64,000 nucleotides of DNA from a virus. Under the pieces are notes generated by a model. That model did not search any database, was not told the DNA's origin, and saw only the letters and a list, made by a program, of their open reading frames with translations. Positions 16,344-24,732 of the stretch are shown piece after piece. Where the stretch lies: IMG/VR virus record IMGVR_UViG_3300045988_150584, one strand, 5' to 3'. The position numbers and the translations under genes are program-made. Position 1 is the stretch's first letter; every line of letters begins with the position of its first letter.

Positions 16344-16674
16344 CTTCGTCTACCTCATCATCAAAGCCTTCTTCAAAATAGTCACAGTATGTTTCATCTG
16401 GAACGCAATACGAATACGGCTCCCAGAAACTCACACGATCTACGGAAATATAATCAACCGAAGCATCCTCTCCATAGCGGACTTTCAAACAAACCGGAAT
16501 ACCCAGACGATTTCTGATAATGGACTCTACAACGCCGGCCTGCTGCGAAGAAGCGGCTTCAACATAGCAGCCCTTATGAACATTGTCAATCAGATTCCGA
16601 TAAGAGTAGGTGGACATTTCGTGGCTTTCCAGCTTCATGACATCTTCGTATGCGGGTTGTGTTTTACGTCTCAT
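16327..16674 (-). CDS. hypothetical acidic protein
   Basis: 115-aa ORF, the first gene after the intergenic region that carries a CGTTGTTCAACG site. Confidence 0.5.
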   Translation of the reverse strand: MRRKTQPAYEDVMKLESHEMSTYSYRNLIDNVHKGCYVEAASSQQAGVVESIIRNRLGIPVCLKVRYGEDASVDYISVDRVSFWEPYSYCVPDETYCDYFEEGFDDEVDEDGQSM

Positions 16675-16745
16675 TTTCAGCCTCCAAAGTCATCCGATTT
16701 TCCGCGTTTTCGACCGAGTTGGTCGAAAATAAAGAAATTTACATG

Positions 16746-16778
16746 GCAAACATACCGTTGTTCAACGCATTTCTTGTG
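16746..16778. promoter_or_regulatory. third copy of the 33-bp operator-like element (CGTTG-TT-CAACG)
   Basis: ggcaaacataccgttgttcaacgcatttcttg aligns with the 6275 and 6342 repeats. Confidence 0.5.
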
Positions 16779-16833
16779 TCCGTACCCCTTAATACCGGAC
16801 AAATCTTTTTTGTTTGTAGCAATGGAATAATCA

Positions 16834-17580
16834 TCACCCTACGAAATCCTGGTCTGAGACCACATTGATGCACATGTTTTTGTAGAGAGCTTTGTCCTCT
16901 TCATCGGTAATGCCAAGGTAACGCAAAGTCACTTCTGGAGAACTATGCCCAAATGCTCTTTGTAACATGGTGATGTCCAAATTTGCTTTTTCGCTATTGT
17001 ACTTGTATTGATGCCATCCCCATGTCTTACGGCAGGTATGAGTCCCGATATTCTGCTTCAATCCGCAAGCTGCCGCTGCTTCTTTCAGAACCTTACGGAA
17101 AGTACCGACCTGAATAGCACCACCTTCTCTTGATGGAAAAAGATATCCTTCTGAGTGTAGATACGCACCTTTGATTGGAAATGCCCACTCAAGAGCATCC
17201 TTACAAGCAGCATTCAGAAAAACAGTTCTATGCTTCTTTGTTTTGCTCTGGTAGATGTCGATTCCGTCTGAGGTATCTTCTTCATCCTCAATCAGCCTTA
17301 CAGAACCATCAGGAGAGAATACCTGGTTCATCTTCAAATCCAAAAGTTCATTTGCTCTTAATCCGAGATTGATGCCTAAGGTGAATGCAAGTACATACTT
17401 GTTATTCTTATGCTCGTACAACCAATTCGCCATAGCAATAATATCCTTATGAGTCTTGATAGGATATACGGTTTGACGTTCACCAGTCTTGCAGTTGTTG
17501 GGTTTCTTCTTGCCAAGTAGCTTCTCAATCTCTGGGTGTAAGGTGATTTGTAGGATCGTACCTTCGGTAGACTGAGTCAT
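16834..17580 (-). CDS. tyrosine recombinase / phage integrase
   Basis: GINLGLRANELLDLK (box I Arg), HTCRKTWG (HxxR), GHSSPEVTLRYLG (catalytic Tyr region). The start MTQSTEG follows AAGGAG. Confidence 0.9.
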   Translation of the reverse strand: MTQSTEGTILQITLHPEIEKLLGKKKPNNCKTGERQTVYPIKTHKDIIAMANWLYEHKNNKYVLAFTLGINLGLRANELLDLKMNQVFSPDGSVRLIEDEEDTSDGIDIYQSKTKKHRTVFLNAACKDALEWAFPIKGAYLHSEGYLFPSREGGAIQVGTFRKVLKEAAAACGLKQNIGTHTCRKTWGWHQYKYNSEKANLDITMLQRAFGHSSPEVTLRYLGITDEEDKALYKNMCINVVSDQDFVG

Positions 17581-17596
17581 ATTCATCACTCCTTGC

Positions 17597-17617
17597 ATAT
17601 TGTTTAGCTAATTCTTT
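17597..17617 (-). promoter_or_regulatory. class-B motif copy immediately 5' of the integrase RBS
   Basis: AAAGAATTAGCTAAACAATAT followed by GCAAGGAG. Confidence 0.5.
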
Positions 17618-17623
17618 AGAAGC

Positions 17624-17645
17624 AGAAAAAGCGTTGTTCAACGAA
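17624..17645. promoter_or_regulatory. CGTTG-TT-CAACG palindrome upstream of the integrase
   Basis: aaaagcgttgttcaacgaacaa. Confidence 0.5.
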
Positions 17646-17706
17646 CAATCTTTACATAAGATATTATACCACAAATCGGTCTGAAGTCAATAAAAATCGG
17701 AAAGAA

Positions 17707-17727
17707 AATATTGTTTAGTCAATTCCG
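17707..17727 (-). promoter_or_regulatory. class-B motif copy (variant)
   Basis: CGGAATTGACTAAACAATATT. Confidence 0.4.
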
Positions 17728-17751
17728 TTCATTTGCAAATTCGATAGAAAT

Positions 17752-18050
17752 GCGTTGATTAAGGCATATTCCGTAGCATAAAATTATAAAAATGTATTTT
17801 TATGTGTTGATCTAAAGACGAAGATCCAGCGTTGATTAAGGCATTCTTCCGAAGACAAGTCTGTAGCAGAAGATATTTATATTTGTAAGGGAATATATCG
17901 TTGATGAACGGTGTGTTTGAGAGATGGTGTTTGGTGAAAAAGATAGAGGCGTGGAGAAGAGGGTACAAAGCCAAATTTTTGGCGTTGCTAAAGTCGTGAA
18001 AATGTAAACCCACCCCCCCTATGCAGATAGCAAAATAGGCGTTGATCTCC
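17752..18050. repeat. iteron array (five GCGTTGAT-type repeats), putative replication origin or regulator binding array
   Basis: gcgttgattaaggcat at 17752 and 17829, tcgttgatgaacgg at 17898, gcgttgcta at 17982, gcgttgatctcc at 39-50 of 18xxx (18039). Spacing is 55-85 bp in a non-coding region. Confidence 0.55.
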
Positions 18051-18120
18051 GTTAGTTCCGCATACTCCACAAAAGCGGAATCGAAAAAGGCGGTGTTTCT
18101 GCTGCCGTTCATGTCTGCCG

Positions 18121-18545
18121 GTGCGGGGCTGGCTCTGGCGGTTGATCTGCTGGGCGTTCGGTGAGACGGGGAGAAAAGCGGCGTTTTACTGTCGTTTTCT
18201 CTTCGTTCCCTCTCTTTTTCCGCTCTTCTTCTCTCTGTCTCTGCCCGTCTCCGCTCATGGTCTACAGTGCCGCGCTTCTGGCTCTTCTGGCTCTGGCTCG
18301 ATCTCTGCGGCTCTGGTGGGGCTGGTTGTCTGCTGGCGGTCTTGTCTCCGCTGCTGCCGTGCTGGCTCTGGTTCTTCTGGCGTGTCCGCTTCTGGGCTTG
18401 ATCTCTGGGCGGCTCTGCCGTTGGTGCTGTCTCCGTGTCTCTCTCCGTCTGTCTCCGCTTTGGGGCTGGTGCTTCGTCCGCTCTGGTGCTGTCTGGGCGT
18501 GTCCAGGCGTTCCCGTGTCCAGTGCTGCGGCTCTGGTGGGGCTGG
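18121..18545. other. strand-asymmetric, nearly A-free (plus strand) GT/C-rich tract
   Basis: By manual count there are only 8 A in 18181-18540 (360 nt). Motifs GGCTCTGG, CTGGTGGGGCTGG and TCTCCG recur. All six frames are open simply because stop codons cannot form. Confidence 0.8.
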
Positions 18546-18681
18546 CGCTGGGAGACGATGCAGGCCAAAAGGATATGGCATAATGCACAATTCTGTAAGG
18601 CTGTATTTGTATGATGTGCTAATAGCATATTGCACAAAAAGATGCTGTTTTTAGCTTGCTATTTTTACATTTTGTCAAGGT

Positions 18682-18701
18682 GTTATTTAGCTATTTCCTA
18701 T
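18682..18701 (-). promoter_or_regulatory. class-B-like element abutting a sigma70-type promoter
   Basis: Plus strand gttatttagctatttcctat. It pairs with the near-identical arrangement at 37789-37836. Confidence 0.45.
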
Positions 18702-18729
18702 TGCAAATTCCGCTTTTGTGTGGTATAAT
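18701..18729 (+). promoter_or_regulatory. sigma70-like promoter for the rightward block
   Basis: TTGCAA-17 nt-TATAAT with a TGg extended -10. Confidence 0.6.
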
Positions 18730-18790
18730 CCTTAATGTAAGGTAAAGGAAACGAGATCGACGGCGGCGGGTGCGCCGCTGCTGGACGATC

Positions 18791-18812
18791 TAAGGAAGTA
18801 GTTAAATAATAT
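18791..18812 (+). promoter_or_regulatory. class-B motif copy directly 5' of an RBS
   Basis: TAAGGAAGTAGTTAAATAATAT followed by GGAGG. Confidence 0.5.
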
Positions 18813-18825
18813 GGAGGTAAACATC

Positions 18826-19173
18826 ATGAATAAGCTGTCCGCCCTCGTCCCTCTGAAAAGCAAGATCACCGTCTACGTTCCCGCTACGGTATCCGTAGAT
18901 CAGGAGATCGACAACGCCGCATACATTGAGCGCGTCGCGCGTACTCTGTCCGCCTGTTTCGGTGGTGCTACGGCTTCGCCGGTTCGCGGTTATTGGGTCT
19001 CCGATTCTGGCGAGCTGGTGAAAGAATCTACAACGATGGTTTTTGCGTACTGCTCCACGGCTGACGCTGAAAAGTATATTGATGATGTCGTTTCCCTCTG
19101 CTACGAGCTGAAGCGCGAAATGGGGCAAGAAGCGATTGCCCTTGAATACAACGGCGAAATGTATTTCATCTGA
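18826..19173 (+). CDS. hypothetical protein
   Basis: MNKLSALVPLKS.., GGAGG 8 nt upstream. A GC-rich hairpin follows at 19186-19214. Confidence 0.6.
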   Translation: MNKLSALVPLKSKITVYVPATVSVDQEIDNAAYIERVARTLSACFGGATASPVRGYWVSDSGELVKESTTMVFAYCSTADAEKYIDDVVSLCYELKREMGQEAIALEYNGEMYFI

Positions 19174-19219
19174 TCGAGTATAACAGCGGCGGCGGGTTCA
19201 TTCCCGCCGCGCCGGTAAA

Positions 19220-19525
19220 ATGAAAGCGGGGTTTGAAATGAAAGCAACGAGAAAGCAAATCAAGGCAGCAAACGAGATCGCGGCACGGTTTAGCGGATGG
19301 CACGAGCCGCACGAGATCGCGGCGATGTATGACGAGCTGGAGAAGATCGGCGTTTCTACTGGCTGCATCACAAACCGGCAGGACTTCCCGAATCTTGGAT
19401 GCTGGCAAGGCCATTGCGAGTGGTATATAAACGGCGAGGAAGTGGAAAACAGCGTTTTTGTGTACTCCGTCTATGAAGGGAATCCGAATATCACGCGCAA
19501 CGATTACAACATTTACTTTTCTTGA
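19220..19525 (+). CDS. hypothetical protein
   Basis: 101-aa ORF. The start could be 19238. Confidence 0.5.
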   Translation: MKAGFEMKATRKQIKAANEIAARFSGWHEPHEIAAMYDELEKIGVSTGCITNRQDFPNLGCWQGHCEWYINGEEVENSVFVYSVYEGNPNITRNDYNIYFS

Positions 19526-19640
19526 AATCCCGCCTGATGATGGTTAGATGGTGACTAACCGAAACGGCCACGGCTGGCCGTCGTGGGAAACCGAAATTAA
19601 AACGCGCTGCGGCGCTGGTCAATGAAATGAGGTAAACGAA

Positions 19641-20423
19641 ATGAAAAAGTACAATGTCAAGTCGATCATGTCCCGCGCCTGGGCTATCTATCACGAAACC
19701 GACAAAGGCGATGGCCTGCGCCCTGTGTTCTCTCTCTGTCTGGCTATGGCGTGGGAGGACGCAAAGAACACGCCGGAAAACATCCTGCACCAGTGGGCGG
19801 CGATGGATACCAAAGCGCAGATCAACATGCTGACGGCTAACATCAAGAAGGCAGCAAAGAACGAGATCGGATACAGCACGGAAGATCACTATGCAGAGTT
19901 TAACGAGACTGTTGCATGGTTCTTGAATCATCACGGGATCGACGGTCTTGTAAATGAGGCTTGGGTAAAGCTGGCGGAACGGCTGGATGCTGACTATCTG
20001 GACAAGCTCAACGCAAAACGCGCCGCATCTGGTAAGGTCAATATTTCTCTGGTGGCTCTGGTGTATCGTAGCGCAAAGGATGCAATCCGCGCCGTATATC
20101 GTGACGATATCAAGCACGGACGCGCTCGCGTTCACGAGATCACCGACAAGAACGGCGAAAGCCGCGACTATCTGGACACGATGGCAAGCACCGGCAAGGA
20201 TGAGACGGCAAGCACCGCAACGCTGCGCGTAGCGCTGGAACAGTTTGTAAACAGCCGCGACGAGATCGACCGCATGATTATTGAATGCAAGTGCGACAAT
20301 TACACGGAACGCGAGATCGCGGAAGTTGTCGGAATCAATCGCGCCGCCGTCCATAAGCGCATTGACAAGATGCGCGAGGCTCTGCGGAATATCGGCCTTA
20401 CACCTGCGGAAGCTGTGGCGTAA
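19641..20423 (+). CDS. sigma-factor-like protein (region 4 HTH at the C-terminus)
   Basis: C-terminal NYTEREIAEVVGINRAAVHKRIDKMREAL is a typical sigma70 region 4.2 HTH. The upstream segment VALVYRSAKDAIRAVYRDDIKH is region-2-like. The N-terminal ~100 aa are unrelated. Confidence 0.6.
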   Translation: MKKYNVKSIMSRAWAIYHETDKGDGLRPVFSLCLAMAWEDAKNTPENILHQWAAMDTKAQINMLTANIKKAAKNEIGYSTEDHYAEFNETVAWFLNHHGIDGLVNEAWVKLAERLDADYLDKLNAKRAASGKVNISLVALVYRSAKDAIRAVYRDDIKHGRARVHEITDKNGESRDYLDTMASTGKDETASTATLRVALEQFVNSRDEIDRMIIECKCDNYTEREIAEVVGINRAAVHKRIDKMREALRNIGLTPAEAVA

Positions 20424-20442
20424 GGAAGTAGTTAAACAGTAT
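20421..20442 (+). promoter_or_regulatory. class-B motif copy overlapping the sigma-like gene's stop
   Basis: TAAGGAAGTAGTTAAACAGTAT. The first 16 nt are identical to the copy at 18791. Confidence 0.45.
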
Positions 20443-20534
20443 GAGCGCCGCTCCGGTAGGAGCTGGGGAGGCTGCTCTGAAAAAATCTTGAACGACGGTA
20501 AGCAAACGGCGGGAACGCTTGGAGGGTGTAGCGG

Positions 20535-20822
20535 ATGGATGCAAACAAAGCTTTTCAGATGGTTGAAAAAGCCTTTTCAGATAAGCGGCTTGTATTGGTA
20601 ACGGATGGAACGGTAACGCGCCGCGTGGTATCTGTTGGACTGGCGGAAAAGCTCTACATTCACACGGAGGCGGGCGGATGGGTGGAGATCAAGCGGAGCT
20701 TTTGCGGTCTGACTTTGGACGGCTGGGGCTTGCTGGATACGGCGGAAGGCTTGCTTATTGCGCCTGAATGGTGGATTGAAAACGGAACGGATGACGGGAA
20801 CGGAGGAAAAGAAAATGTATGA
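20535..20822 (+). CDS. hypothetical protein
   Basis: GGAGGG RBS. 95 aa. Confidence 0.55.
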   Translation: MDANKAFQMVEKAFSDKRLVLVTDGTVTRRVVSVGLAEKLYIHTEAGGWVEIKRSFCGLTLDGWGLLDTAEGLLIAPEWWIENGTDDGNGGKENV

Positions 20823-21030
20823 GCGGAGACGGAGAAGATCAAAGACGCGCTCGCAAGTGATGCTGCAGCAGCGTTTGATGGGGCTTTTGCTGGTGGTGCT
20901 GTCCGTGGTGATGCTGATTGTTTGCGCACATGGAACGACGATAGAAGATCGTGACGGAACGGGCGCTCTTATGGTGCTGCCGATGGGCTTGTATCTCATC
21001 TTTACAAAAAATATCTGCATCTACTGGTAA
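20815..21030 (+). CDS. small membrane protein
   Basis: MYERRRRRSKTRSQ.. followed by a hydrophobic segment LLLVVLSVVMLIV. GGAGG RBS. Confidence 0.55.
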   Translation: MYERRRRRSKTRSQVMLQQRLMGLLLVVLSVVMLIVCAHGTTIEDRDGTGALMVLPMGLYLIFTKNICIYW

Positions 21031-21074
21031 GCAAGCGGAAAATCTGGCGGGTAGATATAACAGGAGGATGAAAC

Positions 21075-21299
21075 ATGCAAAGCTTTACACAAACGGAAAT
21101 CAAATGGATGATCGGAGCGCTTCAAGAAAAAGCGCGAGCGTATCATGAAGCCGCTCGCATGGCGGATAACGCGGACAATAGCAATAATTCTTTGGATGGT
21201 TCGTTGTACCGTCTGCGGGAGGAACAGTTTGACGCGATGGCCTGCAAGCTCCAGAAGGTGCTGGACGGCAAGAGCAGGCGCGTAGAAATCACATTGTAA
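21075..21299 (+). CDS. hypothetical protein
   Basis: AGGAGG RBS. 74 aa. Confidence 0.55.
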   Translation: MQSFTQTEIKWMIGALQEKARAYHEAARMADNADNSNNSLDGSLYRLREEQFDAMACKLQKVLDGKSRRVEITL

Positions 21300-21317
21300 A
21301 TAAATGGAGGTAACATT

Positions 21318-21734
21318 ATGCCGAGCGTAACTCGTGAGCAGGTCAACAAGTGGAGCGCGAAACTTCAAAACGGTTTTCGGTTCGATATCCAGCGCTATGT
21401 TATTTGGGGTGAGAAGCAGATCAAGAAGTCTATCGAGCTGGCGGATGGTCGGATTCTGACTGCTGAAATTCACTTCCGCGACGCGCGGGACGGATACAAG
21501 TACATCGGAAACGAGGCTTGTATCTCTCTGGCAATCTGGACGCGCTGCGAAAACAGCGACATGATGAAATCGGAGGGCATGGGATATCACGAGGTTCTGG
21601 GCGCGGTTCAGCCGAAAAAGAGCTATGCGGATCTCGTCAAGCTGTCCGCCGTCATGGATGAGCCGAAGATCATGGAGATGATGAACGCGCACATGAACGC
21701 CTTAAATAATCCGTGGGTTCTCGGAGGTCGATAA
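21318..21734 (+). CDS. hypothetical protein
   Basis: GGAGG RBS. 138 aa. Confidence 0.6.
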   Translation: MPSVTREQVNKWSAKLQNGFRFDIQRYVIWGEKQIKKSIELADGRILTAEIHFRDARDGYKYIGNEACISLAIWTRCENSDMMKSEGMGYHEVLGAVQPKKSYADLVKLSAVMDEPKIMEMMNAHMNALNNPWVLGGR

Positions 21735-21737
21735 CTC

Positions 21738-22136
21738 ATGCAGCGGAAAGAGTTTGAAAACAGAATCAAAAATCTTTTGCCGAAAGCGGCGGATGATGTC
21801 GTGGAGTCCTGGGCGGCATATGCGACGGAGTTAGACCATTACGGAACGGAAGTAACGGCGGATTTTTACGACAAGAATTATATAGCGCTGCTGCTTGTCA
21901 AACAGCGCCACGGCGAAGAGATCGCAACGCAGCTTTTCAATTTTGGCAAGTGCTTTACATTCAACTATTTTGAGCTACAAGGCGCGGCGGAAAAGCTGGA
22001 AGCCGGCTGGTCGTTGGATGAAACCGTGAAATATACGGTTGAAAATGGCTGCGATGCTGTACCGGAGGAACAGAAAGCATTCTGGGATGCGCTGACGGCA
22101 TTTTGGGAGGAAGAAAACAAAGAAAATCTTTCGTGA
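21738..22136 (+). CDS. hypothetical protein
   Basis: GGAGG RBS. 132 aa. Confidence 0.6.
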   Translation: MQRKEFENRIKNLLPKAADDVVESWAAYATELDHYGTEVTADFYDKNYIALLLVKQRHGEEIATQLFNFGKCFTFNYFELQGAAEKLEAGWSLDETVKYTVENGCDAVPEEQKAFWDALTAFWEEENKENLS

Positions 22137-22138
22137 AA

Positions 22139-22173
22139 GTAAGCAAATCCATTTTTCCACTGGTAGATACAAT
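22139..22173 (+). promoter_or_regulatory. class-A bipartite motif (copy 1)
   Basis: GTAAGCAAA-N14-GGTAGATACAAT. The offset between blocks is 23 nt, as in all other copies. Confidence 0.7.
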
Positions 22174-22210
22174 AGGAACGCTAAAAATAAAATGGAGGTT
22201 GAAGCGTCGG

Positions 22211-22387
22211 ATGAAACGGAACAGAAAAGCAACGCATATCCAGTGGGATGTTGACGAGCTGGAAGATTTGGAACTGCTGCCAACGGAAATTGATATTCCG
22301 GACGATATGACGGATATGGAGGAAATTTCCGACTATATCACAGATCAAACAGGTTTTTGTCATAACGGATTCATTGTGGAGGATTGA
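22211..22387 (+). CDS. small acidic protein
   Basis: MKRNRKATHIQWDVDELEDLE.. GGAGG is upstream. Confidence 0.5.
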   Translation: MKRNRKATHIQWDVDELEDLELLPTEIDIPDDMTDMEEISDYITDQTGFCHNGFIVED

Positions 22388-22390
22388 ATC

Positions 22391-22984
22391 ATGTCGATCA
22401 TGAAAATGTATGTCGAGGAATATCTTGCTGCCGAGCAGGTTGCAGAAAACCGCTATATCATTCATCTATCTAACGGAAAAGAGATCGAGGTTACAGAGCA
22501 TCCCGTGCATAACGGAAACATGTGGGACTGGAAAATTGATTCTCAGGTGTTTGACACGGATGACTACGCGCTGAATTATCTGAAAAAGCTTGTAGCAGAG
22601 AAGCAACGAGCGAAGCGCGAGGCGGAACGGACGCAGCGTGAGGCGGAAGAAGCTGCTTATGTAAAAGAGCGGAACGAAGCGGCACAAAAGAAAGTCGCGC
22701 AGGCCATCGAAACTTTGAAAAGCGGCGGATGTTTGGTTAATTTTGATGTTGAAATCTTCAAAAGCCGCTATCATAGTAGCTCGTACAGCATTTTCAATTA
22801 TCTGGCGCGTCAATATGGTGTAAAAATCCCAATTAAAACGCAAGGCTGGATCAATAGCAGTCTGCTGGATATCACGGTCAAAGATGGAAAGATGAGCGGC
22901 GGACATATGAGCGGGAAAAATCAATCGACCGTCATTTACAAGTATATGAATCAGTTGATCGAAGCAGTTGGAAAGGATGTGTGA
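22391..22984 (+). CDS. hypothetical protein
   Basis: GGAGG RBS. 197 aa with a central charged coiled-coil segment. Confidence 0.6.
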   Translation: MSIMKMYVEEYLAAEQVAENRYIIHLSNGKEIEVTEHPVHNGNMWDWKIDSQVFDTDDYALNYLKKLVAEKQRAKREAERTQREAEEAAYVKERNEAAQKKVAQAIETLKSGGCLVNFDVEIFKSRYHSSSYSIFNYLARQYGVKIPIKTQGWINSSLLDITVKDGKMSGGHMSGKNQSTVIYKYMNQLIEAVGKDV

Positions 22985-22988
22985 CTAA

Positions 22989-23261
22989 ATGGAAAGTCGC
23001 ATTAAAATCAAAGCTACAGTATCAGAAATGAGAGAGTTTTTTGAGAAAGATAGCGGTGTGCGTTATTATGAGATTAAAGATAAGCGCTACACGCAGGCGG
23101 AATTGGACGCCATGTCTAATGAAAAATACAATAGCGAGGTGTTTACATTTTCCGTTATCTATCGGTACATGGAGTTAGAAAAACCGCTGACCGGCGCATT
23201 TACCATTGAAGGGCTGACGAAAAAGATGGATGCGCTCAGAAAAGCCCATCATCTGCTATGA
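22989..23261 (+). CDS. hypothetical protein
   Basis: 90-aa ORF. Confidence 0.5.
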   Translation: MESRIKIKATVSEMREFFEKDSGVRYYEIKDKRYTQAELDAMSNEKYNSEVFTFSVIYRYMELEKPLTGAFTIEGLTKKMDALRKAHHLL

Positions 23262-23470
23262 AAAATTATATTGTATCACAAGATAGAAAGACTGGTTTAT
23301 GGTACGCACATATGAGAGGATACCAGCATGTCCCCGTCTCTGGCAGCTTTTCTGAAAAGCGCCGCGATGCAGCCGAATATGCGAAAATGTATAACGGACT
23401 TCCGCATAAGGTGGATGAGATCGAGCGGAAAAGAAGAGAAGCGTTTGAGAAAGAAATGGAAAAAGCCTGA
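23258..23470 (+). CDS. hypothetical protein
   Basis: 70-aa ORF overlapping the upstream stop. Confidence 0.5.
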   Translation: MKNYIVSQDRKTGLWYAHMRGYQHVPVSGSFSEKRRDAAEYAKMYNGLPHKVDEIERKRREAFEKEMEKA

Positions 23471-23491
23471 GATATTCTCAGGCTTTTTTTT
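23464..23491 (+). terminator. rho-independent terminator
   Basis: agcctgag-atatt-ctcaggct followed by T8. Confidence 0.8.
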
Positions 23492-23499
23492 GTTGCTCG

Positions 23500-23534
23500 G
23501 TAAGCAAAATCAAGTTTTTATCGGTAGTTATAGT
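23500..23534 (+). promoter_or_regulatory. class-A bipartite motif (copy 2), pointing into a minus-strand gene
   Basis: GTAAGCAAA-N14-GGTAGTTATAGT. The only downstream plus-strand ORF is a 23-codon one. Confidence 0.65.
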
Positions 23535-24025
23535 GTGGAGGCAAAGCGCCGCTTGAAATCGACATGCTGGCGTTCAAAGCAAGAGCAGATATCAGATCGC
23601 AGGCCGGTTTTCTTTCGATTGAAAAATCGGTTTAGTGTGTTTGTGATTTGCTTTTGGCTTGCCTCTGCAACGAAAAACTGTTCGGACTCATAGCCGCTTT
23701 TCGTTATATAGTTGATCTGGAAAACGATGATCGGCTTGCTGCGCGATGTTTTCAGACCGATATATGTATGGCAGTCGGAAATGATGTTTCCAAATGTGTC
23801 CGAATGAGTTGCTTGCATTTTCTGCATCTCTTTAACGGTGTAGCAGGTCTCCAGTGCGTCGTTGATGATGTATTGCTGGATGACCTGCGGAAGATCGCCG
23901 GTATACGGAAGCAGAATTTTGTCGTGGTATGCGCTGATAAACTGGATATCACGGAAAGAGATTTGCAAGGCTGCTTTTAACGGGCGAATGCGGAGAGCGA
24001 GATCGCATTTTGTATTGTTATTCAT
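23528..24025 (-). CDS. hypothetical protein on the opposite strand to its neighbours
   Basis: MNNNTKCDLALRIRPL.. after AAGGAG. 165 aa. Confidence 0.6.
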   Translation of the reverse strand: MNNNTKCDLALRIRPLKAALQISFRDIQFISAYHDKILLPYTGDLPQVIQQYIINDALETCYTVKEMQKMQATHSDTFGNIISDCHTYIGLKTSRSKPIIVFQINYITKSGYESEQFFVAEASQKQITNTLNRFFNRKKTGLRSDICSCFERQHVDFKRRFASTL

Positions 24026-24215
24026 TTGTTGTACGCTCCTTTCATGCTCTAATAATAGCACAAAAACGGCGAAAACTCAAGCAAAATGCACATTTTTATG
24101 ATGATTTTGTACGATTTATTGTATATTTTGCACAATGAATATTAGTGGATAAAATTCGGTGTTTTATCCATGAACAGCAGCTACAAATGTTGAAAGGTCT
24201 GGAGGAAGATACTGA

Positions 24216-24665
24216 ATGACTTCGTTTGATGGAGATAAAAAGATCGAAACGAAATATACTGCGGAATTTGTCACGGATAAAAAGGACTATGCCTATATTA
24301 TCGGTGGTCGTTATAACGATGGTGAGCCGTGGGAGAAATATCAGAAAAAAGAGTTTGATGACCTGGACAAAGCGCTGGAGTTTTATATGCGCGGTCTTGT
24401 GGACGATTCCTTTTTAGATATCAAGCTTTTTGAGCAGATTTTTGTAGATGGTGTTTGTCAAAGAGAGTCGTTTATCGAGCCGCCGAATACACTGCGCTTT
24501 TATCTCCGTACTACGGTCAATAAAGAGCTGGAGAAAGAAATCCGCTCTTTGCGTGAGAAAAATGAGCGATTGAATGAGGTCGGAGAGCTGATGCGCGAGT
24601 TTGTTCGCATGTATCATATGGAAGATCGTCTCAATGAGTTTATCAAAGAAAAATCAAAAATTTAG
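24216..24665 (+). CDS. hypothetical protein
   Basis: GGAGG RBS. 149 aa. Confidence 0.6.
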   Translation: MTSFDGDKKIETKYTAEFVTDKKDYAYIIGGRYNDGEPWEKYQKKEFDDLDKALEFYMRGLVDDSFLDIKLFEQIFVDGVCQRESFIEPPNTLRFYLRTTVNKELEKEIRSLREKNERLNEVGELMREFVRMYHMEDRLNEFIKEKSKI

Positions 24666-24699
24666 TAAGCAACCGCTCCGTTTGGAGGGTAGTTGTAAT
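24665..24699 (+). promoter_or_regulatory. class-A bipartite motif (copy 3)
   Basis: GTAAGCAAC-N14-GGTAGTTGTAAT. Confidence 0.65.
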
Positions 24700-24732
24700 A
24701 GGGAAACCTAAAAATTAAAGGAGGATTCAAAA

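Noticed and set aside
18280-18560. Chi-site array (E. coli GCTGGTGG).
   Set aside because: The repeated units read TCTGGTGG, GGCTGGTT or GGCTGGTG, with no exact Chi octamer. The host is probably a Firmicute with a different Chi sequence.
17759-18654. Several long overlapping ORFs on both strands (292 aa, 177 aa, 140 aa, 126 aa, 108 aa) across 18.1-18.6 kb.
   Set aside because: The tract has almost no A on the plus strand, so stop codons cannot form in any of the six frames. The translations are low-complexity, there are no RBSs, and the frames mutually overlap. These are compositional artefacts, not genes.
19491-21692. Long minus-strand ORFs (287 aa, 223 aa, 147 aa) in the GC-rich module.
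   Set aside because: They are antisense to a tidy series of plus-strand genes with AGGAGG sites. Their Arg/Ala/Val-rich composition is typical of shadow ORFs in GC-rich DNA.
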